This document shows positions 36,644 through 42,554 of a stretch of DNA of 42,554 nucleotides, piece after piece. Position 1 is the stretch's first letter. Every line of letters begins with the position of its first letter. Origin of the DNA: a virus (lineage: Duplodnaviria; Heunggongvirae; Uroviricota; Caudoviricetes); the IMG/VR virus record IMGVR_UViG_2802429237_000001, positions 1-42,554 of that record. The stretch is one strand, 5' to 3'. The notes beneath the pieces were generated by a model that searched no databases, was not told the DNA's origin, and saw only the letters and a list, made by a program, of their open reading frames with translations. Made by a program: the position numbers and the translations under genes.

Positions 36644-37396
36644 ATGGCAGTATCCGACCAGACCCGCAGCGGCGACCTTGCTGAAACATTCAAATCCGAG
36701 CGGGAAACCATTAAAAACCAGATCCGTGTCGCCTTGCCTGGCATTATTCAGTCATTCGATCCTGATGCGGTGACGGCGGTTGTGCAGCCTGCTATCCGTT
36801 CGGTTGAAAAGGATAATGACGGCAGCCGCATTACCAAAAATTACCCATTGCTGGTGGATGTGCCAGTGGTATTCCCGCGCGGAGGAGGCTGTACGTTGAC
36901 TTTTCCGGTAAAAGCCGGGGATGAGTGTCTTGTCGTTTTTGCCGATCGTTGTATTGATTTCTGGTGGCAGAACGGCGGGATACAGGAGCCTGTTGATGAC
37001 AGAATGCATGATTTATCGGATTCGTTTTGTATTGTCGGTCCCCAGTCGCAGGCAAGGAAGATTAGCGGTATTAATACCAGTGCCACACAGTTGCGTAGTG
37101 ACGACGGCAGCACCTATTTTGAGCTTAATCCTGATACCAGGAAAATTAAAATTGTCGCACCCGGGGGGCTTGATGTGGTCGCCCCTCTGGCTGATTTTTC
37201 TGAGAAAGTAACCATTCATGGCCTGTTAACCTGGATGGGGGGCATGGTGGGGTCTGTTGTTTCTGGCGTGGCTTCAAAAATCACTGGTGCTGTTGAGTTC
37301 TTGGGGAGCGTTAAGGCTAACGGCAAGCCAATCGATGATACGCACACTCATGGCGGTGTTCAGCGCGGTGGAAGCAGTACCGACGGGGTAAACTGA
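36644..37396 (+). CDS. Baseplate central spike protein (gpV/Mu gp45-like)
   Basis: 250 aa; SD ggag; Gly-rich C-terminal region; position before W-like and J-like genes. Confidence 0.65.
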   Translation: MAVSDQTRSGDLAETFKSERETIKNQIRVALPGIIQSFDPDAVTAVVQPAIRSVEKDNDGSRITKNYPLLVDVPVVFPRGGGCTLTFPVKAGDECLVVFADRCIDFWWQNGGIQEPVDDRMHDLSDSFCIVGPQSQARKISGINTSATQLRSDDGSTYFELNPDTRKIKIVAPGGLDVVAPLADFSEKVTIHGLLTWMGGMVGSVVSGVASKITGAVEFLGSVKANGKPIDDTHTHGGVQRGGSSTDGVN

Positions 37397-37749
37397 TGCG
37401 ATACAGACGTGAAGACGCCGATGGCGATTACACCTTTGGCAGCGGTGATGACACCTGGCTGATTAACTCGCCTGAGGCCGTGGCGCAGGCTGTGAAAACG
37501 CGATTCGAAGTGTGGTATGGGCAATGGTTTCTCGACACCACCGAAGGGACTCCGTGGATCCAGTCTGTGCTCGGTAAGCAGAAGCCGGAAACCTACAACC
37601 TGGCGATCCGTAAGCGCATCCTCGAAACGCGGGGCGTTAAATCAATCCTCTCTTTCAATACGACAGTGGATACCACGACCCGACGTGTCATGTTTTCCGC
37701 TGAAATCGACACTCTCTATGGAATAACGACTGTTACATCGGAGGCGTAA
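37396..37749 (+). CDS. Baseplate protein (gpW/Mu gp46-like)
   Basis: 117 aa; coupled (ATGA-type overlap) between spike and J-like genes. Confidence 0.55.
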   Translation: MRYRREDADGDYTFGSGDDTWLINSPEAVAQAVKTRFEVWYGQWFLDTTEGTPWIQSVLGKQKPETYNLAIRKRILETRGVKSILSFNTTVDTTTRRVMFSAEIDTLYGITTVTSEA

Positions 37750-38948
37750 TGGCTCTGAACCTTGATTCTCTCGGTTTATCTGCAAAGGTAACCGCGGAGG
37801 GGATCAGTGCGCCTGATTATCAGACGATACTCAGCACCCTGATTAGCTATTTTCAGCAGATTTATGGCAGTGATGCCTACCTCGAACCGGACAGCAAAGA
37901 CGGCCAGATGGTGGCTCTGATGGCGCTGGCGATTCATGATGCCAATAATACTGCGATAACTGTCTACAACTGTTTTTCACCGGCAACCGGCTATGGGGCT
38001 GCACTGACCAGTAACGTGAAAATAAATGGTATTTCACGTAAAGGCGCGACGAACTCTACGGTTGATTTGCTTCTTACAGGAACTGCCGGAACAACCATCA
38101 TTAATGGCAGCGTGAAAGACAGTAATAATGTGATATGGCGTTTGCCTGCTTCAGTGGTGGTCGGCGTGGATGGTACAGTGATGGTGACCGCAACATGTTC
38201 CGTCAGTGGTGCAGTGGCGGCGCTGGCTGGAACTATCACTGAAATTAATACGCCAACCCGTGGCTGGGTTTCGGTAACTAATCCTGCTGCGGCTACTGTG
38301 GGCACTCCGGCAGAAACTGACGCTGAGTTACGTATTCGCCAGTCGCAAAGTGTTGCGTTGCCATCAATAACCCCATTTGAAGCATTGGATGGCGCTGTTT
38401 CTAATGTTGCCGGTGTAACCCGCCACAAACTCTATGAAAACGATACTGGTTCGGAGGACGGTAACGGGTTACCGCCACACTCTGTTGCTGTAATTGTGGA
38501 TGGCGGTGATGTGACGGATATTGCTCAGGCTATCAGAGGGAATAAAGGCCAGGGGACAGCCACTTACGGTACAACATCCGTTACGGTTCCGGATAAATAC
38601 GGCAATCCCCATGTAATCAAATTCTCGCGTTCCAGTGATGTGCCTGTTTATGCCCGGATTAAATTAAAAGTTTTTACGGGTTATACATCACAGATAGGGC
38701 TGCAGATCCAGCAGGCTATTTCCGACTATATCAATAGTCTGACGATCGGTGATTCGGTCCTTTTAAGTCGCATTTACTCACCGGCGAATCTTGGCGTGGT
38801 GAGTGGCGGGAATGCACGCTATTACGATATTCAGGAACTGACGATTGGTAAATCCCCGGGGGCTTTGTCGTCATCAAACATTGATATCAGATATAACGAA
38901 TCTGCGTCCTGTACCCCGGAAAATATCGTTATAACGGTGGAGTCATGA
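37749..38948 (+). CDS. Baseplate J-like protein
   Basis: 399 aa; size and order typical for baseplate J (Mu gp47). Confidence 0.7.
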   Translation: MALNLDSLGLSAKVTAEGISAPDYQTILSTLISYFQQIYGSDAYLEPDSKDGQMVALMALAIHDANNTAITVYNCFSPATGYGAALTSNVKINGISRKGATNSTVDLLLTGTAGTTIINGSVKDSNNVIWRLPASVVVGVDGTVMVTATCSVSGAVAALAGTITEINTPTRGWVSVTNPAAATVGTPAETDAELRIRQSQSVALPSITPFEALDGAVSNVAGVTRHKLYENDTGSEDGNGLPPHSVAVIVDGGDVTDIAQAIRGNKGQGTATYGTTSVTVPDKYGNPHVIKFSRSSDVPVYARIKLKVFTGYTSQIGLQIQQAISDYINSLTIGDSVLLSRIYSPANLGVVSGGNARYYDIQELTIGKSPGALSSSNIDIRYNESASCTPENIVITVES

Positions 38949-39625
38949 GCAAATACACCGAACTAATCACAAACTACCACGCCACCAAACCTAAATTTCT
39001 TGCACATGTTGATCTGATGACCCGGCCGCTTATTGATGTTGCGGCTGCCACCAGAGGGCTGATTACTGCATTTGATATTGACTCTGCGGTTGGTGTGCAA
39101 CTTGACATTCTGGGATTGTGGATCGGACGTAGCCGTGTTGTCAACCAGCCTATCTCAGGTGTCTATTTCAGCTGGGATACCGACGGGCTTGGATATGATC
39201 AGGGGGTATGGCAGGGGCCATATGATCCTGATTCCGGATATATGTATCTCAGCGATGAAACTTATCGTGTCATTCTTAAAGCGAAGATTGCGATTAATAA
39301 CTGGGACGGACGGAATGATTCGCTTCCGGCAATTCTTGACGCTGCAACAGCAGGAACCGGACTGCGAATGCAGATAGTCGATAACCAGGACATGACGATA
39401 TCGGTCTGGGTCTTTCCTGATACTGATATTTCAGATGTATCGCGTGAGTTAATTGCTGCAATTAAACAGGGATATCTCACAGTAAAAGCCGCCGGGGTGT
39501 GGGCGGGTGGCATTGAAACACCTTCGGTGGAAACCCCATCGGAAGGCTCAAAATTTTTTGGTTTTGATATGGATAACGAATTCATCAGTGGTTTTGATGT
39601 AGGAGCATGGGGAGTATTACTCTGA
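38945..39625 (+). CDS. Baseplate/tail protein (gpI/Mu gp48-like)
   Basis: 226 aa; overlaps the J-like stop; precedes the tail fiber gene. Confidence 0.55.
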   Translation: MSKYTELITNYHATKPKFLAHVDLMTRPLIDVAAATRGLITAFDIDSAVGVQLDILGLWIGRSRVVNQPISGVYFSWDTDGLGYDQGVWQGPYDPDSGYMYLSDETYRVILKAKIAINNWDGRNDSLPAILDAATAGTGLRMQIVDNQDMTISVWVFPDTDISDVSRELIAAIKQGYLTVKAAGVWAGGIETPSVETPSEGSKFFGFDMDNEFISGFDVGAWGVLL

Positions 39626-40521
39626 TGGCGAAAAATGACTTTAAAGCGTTTGCAACTGATCGAAATGCCAATGTTATGCCGCAGAAGGAATGGGAAGCAT
39701 TGCCTGCGCTTTTATCCGGATTTACAGCAGGGAAAGCATCCAGTGCGCAAGTCAATAAGGTTATTCGGCAGGCCAGCTTTATAGCAGCAGCACTTGCACA
39801 GTACACAGCAAACAAAAGCGGACTGGATGTATTGGATGATGGCGACCTGAATGGGTTCATTACCAAAATGTCTTCTGCGTTCGGTAAGGATTATCAGGCG
39901 CTTGATGCCACGTTGACGGCTCTGGCAGGACTGGCGACTGGGGCAAATAAGCTACCGTATTTCACTGGCACAGATAAGGCTGCGCAGACCGACCTCACTA
40001 AGGTAGGCCGTGATATTATCGGCAAAAATACTATTGCTGACATTCTCGCATACCTTGGTTTGGGAGAAGGCTCTGCATTGCCTGTTGGCGTACCTGTTCC
40101 GTGGCCTTCGGCCACACCGCCGACAGGCTGGTTGAAATGCAATGGCGCTGCCTTTGATAAGGTGAAATATCCTAAGCTTGCCAAGGTATACACTACCGGA
40201 AAATTACCTGATTTACGTGGCGAATTCATTCGTGGCTGGGATGACGGACGTGGTGTGGATAGTGGGCGAACGTTATTGAGTGCTCAGAGCGATACGCTGC
40301 AAAATATTACAGGTAGCTTTTTGGATATGACTGCGGGGCCAAATAATAGTGCTGTCGGCGTATTTACATCTTCAGTATTGACACCAAATCTCGCATCACT
40401 TGCGACAGGTGGTGCATATAAACAGGCGAATTATTATTTTGATGCATCACGTGTTGCCAGAACATCAGCGGAAACACGTGCACGCAATATTGCATTTAAC
40501 TATATAGTGAGGGCTGCATAA
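39607..40521 (+). CDS. Tail fiber protein
   Basis: 304 aa; conserved fiber motif PVGVPVPWPSATPPTGWLKCNGAAFDKVKYPKLAKVY...LPDLRGEFIRGW; start may be ATG at 39625. Confidence 0.8.
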   Translation: MGSITLMAKNDFKAFATDRNANVMPQKEWEALPALLSGFTAGKASSAQVNKVIRQASFIAAALAQYTANKSGLDVLDDGDLNGFITKMSSAFGKDYQALDATLTALAGLATGANKLPYFTGTDKAAQTDLTKVGRDIIGKNTIADILAYLGLGEGSALPVGVPVPWPSATPPTGWLKCNGAAFDKVKYPKLAKVYTTGKLPDLRGEFIRGWDDGRGVDSGRTLLSAQSDTLQNITGSFLDMTAGPNNSAVGVFTSSVLTPNLASLATGGAYKQANYYFDASRVARTSAETRARNIAFNYIVRAA

Positions 40522-41123
40522 TGGATAAAGCTGTCTTAAATAGTGAGCTTATTGCCACGAAGGCAGGGAATATTACTGTCTATAATTATGATGGTGAAAC
40601 ACGAGAATATATTTCCGCATCAACTGAATATCTTGCCGTTGGTGTCGGCATTCCGGAATGTTCCTGTTTAGATGCTCCTGGCGCATACAAAGCTGGTTAT
40701 GCAATCTGTCGTTCTGTGAATTTAAATTCGTGGGAATATGTGCCAGACCATCGCGGCGAAATCGTCTATAGCACCGAAACAGGAGAATCGAAAGAAATCA
40801 CAGATCCGGGTGATTATCCTGAAAATACAACCACTATGGCCCCGTTAACGCCATACGATAAATGGGATGGTGAGAAATGGGTGACAGACACCGAGGCACA
40901 ACACAGTGCCGCAGTAGAAGCGGCAGAAGCACAGCGCCAGTTACTGATTGATGCTGCTATGGCTTCCATTAGTCTGATTCAGTTGAAATTACAGGCCGGA
41001 CGTAAACTGACGCAGGTAGAAACAACCCGATTAAACGCTGTGCTGGATTACATTGACGCGGTGACAGCAACAGATACCAGCACCGCGCCAGATGTCATCT
41101 GGCCTGAACTGCCAGAGGCGTAG
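40521..41123 (+). CDS. Tail fiber assembly protein (Tfa-like)
   Basis: 200 aa; C-terminal segment LQLKLQAGRKLTQVETTRLNAVLDYIDAVTATDTSTAPDVIWPELPEA typical of Tfa chaperones. Confidence 0.8.
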   Translation: MDKAVLNSELIATKAGNITVYNYDGETREYISASTEYLAVGVGIPECSCLDAPGAYKAGYAICRSVNLNSWEYVPDHRGEIVYSTETGESKEITDPGDYPENTTTMAPLTPYDKWDGEKWVTDTEAQHSAAVEAAEAQRQLLIDAAMASISLIQLKLQAGRKLTQVETTRLNAVLDYIDAVTATDTSTAPDVIWPELPEA

Positions 41124-41228
41124 ACTGGGTGGCTAATTGCATCAGGAGTTCATCGCCAGAAGGCGGCGATCATCTATGATGTTGGCGTATCGACTTTGTA
41201 TAAGAAGTTTCCGCTCGGAGATGAATGA
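41124..41228 (+). pseudogene. 3' remnant of a Pin/Gin-family DNA invertase (HTH end)
   Basis: In-frame directly after the tfa TAG stop: TGWLIASGVHRQKAAIIYDVGVSTLYKKFPLGDE, resembling the C-terminal HTH of Hin/Gin/Pin invertases (..IYDV.LSTLYKK..); no catalytic domain remains. Confidence 0.55.
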
Positions 41229-41532
41229 AACCGTAGCACGTCGTATGCAAGAACGTGCCACGGCTGGCTGATGGACGTTCGATAGCGCGAGTTTGAATGA
41301 AAATCAGCCGGAGGTGATTTTACATAATTGCTACGGAATTATTCAATACAGGGATTGCTTGTGTATGCATGGATTGACCTGAAATATTCCCGAAAATTTC
41401 TCTAAAAAACTCGAAAAAAATGGTAACTAATTGAATGCATTAATATGTAATGGTACGTGTCAGGGATTAAAAGATGAGTATAAATTTATTTAATGCATTG
41501 ATTCTAAAAGCTTTTGTTGCTTATTGACGAAA

Positions 41533-41559
41533 ACAGGAATCGTATTCGGTCTCTTTTTA
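41533..41559. repeat. attR core: 27-bp direct repeat acaggaatcgtattcggtctcttttta
   Basis: Exact copy of 574..600; preceded by an AT-rich non-coding arm. Confidence 0.75.
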
Positions 41560-41705
41560 TCTATAAAGCCAACGGATGAATACATCACTGTTTTCCCTGT
41601 GCTGACTTCACAATCAACCATAACACACACTCTACTGCTTCAGTCCAGCCTTTTTTAACATTTATGTTAAAATAATGTGACCTTCTGCGCGGGAGTAAAA
41701 AATTG

Positions 41706-42362
41706 ATGAAAGAGGCAGGCCGCACCTATCAGAAAATTGATGGCAGCCATTGGCGACATATCTGGTTGGTAGGGGATATTCATGGCTGCCTTGGGCTACT
41801 GCGTATCAAATTATGGCACTGCCGTTTTGACCCGTGGCAAGACTTATTGATCTCGGTAGGTGATGTTATTGATCGTGGTCCGGAGAGTTTGCGTTGTCTT
41901 CAACTACTGGAGCAACGCTGGGTTAGAGCGGTAAGAGGTAATCATGAGCAGATGGCGATAGATGCACTGGCCGCGCAGCAGATGTCTTTATGGTATATGA
42001 ACGGTGGCGACTGGTTTGCTGCGCTGACAGATAAACAACAGAAGCAAGCAGAAAGGGCACTCGAAAAATGCCAGCATTTGCCTTTTATTCTTGAATTAAA
42101 CAGTTGCACGGGCAAACATGTTATTGCCCATGCTGATTATCCAGACGACATTTATCAATGGCAAAAGGAAGTCGATTTGCACCAGGTATTGTGGAGTCGT
42201 TCGCGATTACGTGAAGGCCAAAAAGGGCAGGGAATTAGCGGTGCTGACCATTTCTGGTTTGGCCATACGCCATTACCTCATCGTGTAGATATTGGAAACT
42301 TGCATTATATAGACACCGGCGCCGTCTTCGGAGGGACACTCACGGTGGAACAACTCCAGTAA
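41706..42362 (+). CDS. pphA: Serine/threonine protein phosphatase 1 (PrpA/PphA), host gene
   Basis: 218 aa from ATG at 41706 (track start is TTG); metallophosphatase motifs GDIHGC, GDVIDRG, GNHE; close to my recollection of E. coli PphA but not identical. Confidence 0.9.
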   Translation: MKEAGRTYQKIDGSHWRHIWLVGDIHGCLGLLRIKLWHCRFDPWQDLLISVGDVIDRGPESLRCLQLLEQRWVRAVRGNHEQMAIDALAAQQMSLWYMNGGDWFAALTDKQQKQAERALEKCQHLPFILELNSCTGKHVIAHADYPDDIYQWQKEVDLHQVLWSRSRLREGQKGQGISGADHFWFGHTPLPHRVDIGNLHYIDTGAVFGGTLTVEQLQ

Positions 42363-42554
42363 CTAAAAGTTACTGTACTCCTGTGCGGGCCGCCAGAACC
42401 CATCAATAAAATCCTCAACAGGAAAGCAGCCACCGTGGCGGATCCGTTGATCGTCCATTGAGTAGATGCACTGCTGTTCCGTGTTGTAAACGTCAACAAC
42501 AATATCTTCACAGCCAGCGTCCAGATAGCAAACAAAAAGTACCAGCGCGAACAT
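42363..42554 (-). CDS. yebW: YebW-like small host protein
   Basis: 63-aa ORF MFALVLFVCYLDAGCEDIVVDVYNTEQQC... beginning at the window edge and abutting pphA as in E. coli; recollection-based. Confidence 0.7.
   Translation of the reverse strand: MFALVLFVCYLDAGCEDIVVDVYNTEQQCIYSMDDQRIRHGGCFPVEDFIDGFWRPAQEYSNF

Larger units (their letters stand above)
574..41559. mobile_element. Rac-like mosaic prophage with contractile-tail structural module (~41 kb)
   Basis: Bounded by 27-bp direct repeats; contains integrase, excisionase, recombination, immunity, replication, lysis, terminase, head and tail genes in canonical order; host genes yebY and pphA flank it. Confidence 0.85.

Noticed and set aside
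574-41559. Identity with the E. coli K-12 Rac prophage itself
   Set aside because: Early-region gene content and lengths are Rac-like, but the integration site is sdsR between yebY and pphA, and the element carries complete lysis and structural modules plus extra cargo, so it is a related mosaic phage and not K-12 Rac.
9075-41705. Track start codons at 9075, 12170, 15871, 19798, 29126, 31905 and 41703
   Set aside because: These are TTG codons shown as Met; in each case an in-frame ATG with a Shine-Dalgarno sequence lies a few codons downstream and was used instead.
1-42554. CRISPR array, rRNA, tRNA, transposase or IS element
   Set aside because: No regularly spaced direct repeats, no rRNA-like or cloverleaf sequence and no transposase-like ORF were seen anywhere in the window.

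Overview
The window is a ~41 kb prophage (about 574..41559) integrated between the host genes yebY (left) and pphA/yebW (right). The insertion point is the 3' terminator hairpin of what I recognise from memory as the sRNA gene sdsR (ryeB); the element is bounded by an exact 27-bp direct repeat (574..600 and 41533..41559). All family names below are recollection-based readings of the six-frame track, not database hits. The prophage is mosaic: a Rac-like early region (int, xis, lar, recT, recE, ydaE, kilR; racR/ydaS/ydaT switch; ydaU/ydaV replication genes), a nin-like region with a hok type I toxin, a YbcO-like protein and a Q-like antiterminator, a lambda-like lysis cassette (S, R, Rz/Rz1), and a Mu-like head plus contractile-tail module with an apparent -1 frameshift site in the tail chaperone. 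Several cargo (moron) loci interrupt this backbone. The most interesting is an AT-rich, translationally coupled three-gene operon at 12883..14876: an RsbW-like GHKL kinase/ATPase, a STAS-like (DUF4325-type) protein and a single-pass membrane protein. I do not recognise it as any named system and flag it as the best candidate for an undescribed module. Other cargo: a convergent gene pair between the Q-like gene and the lysis genes, an opposite-strand gene at the lambda bor position, and a secreted protein plus a zinc-ribbon protein inside the tail operon. No tRNA, rRNA, CRISPR array or transposase was seen.
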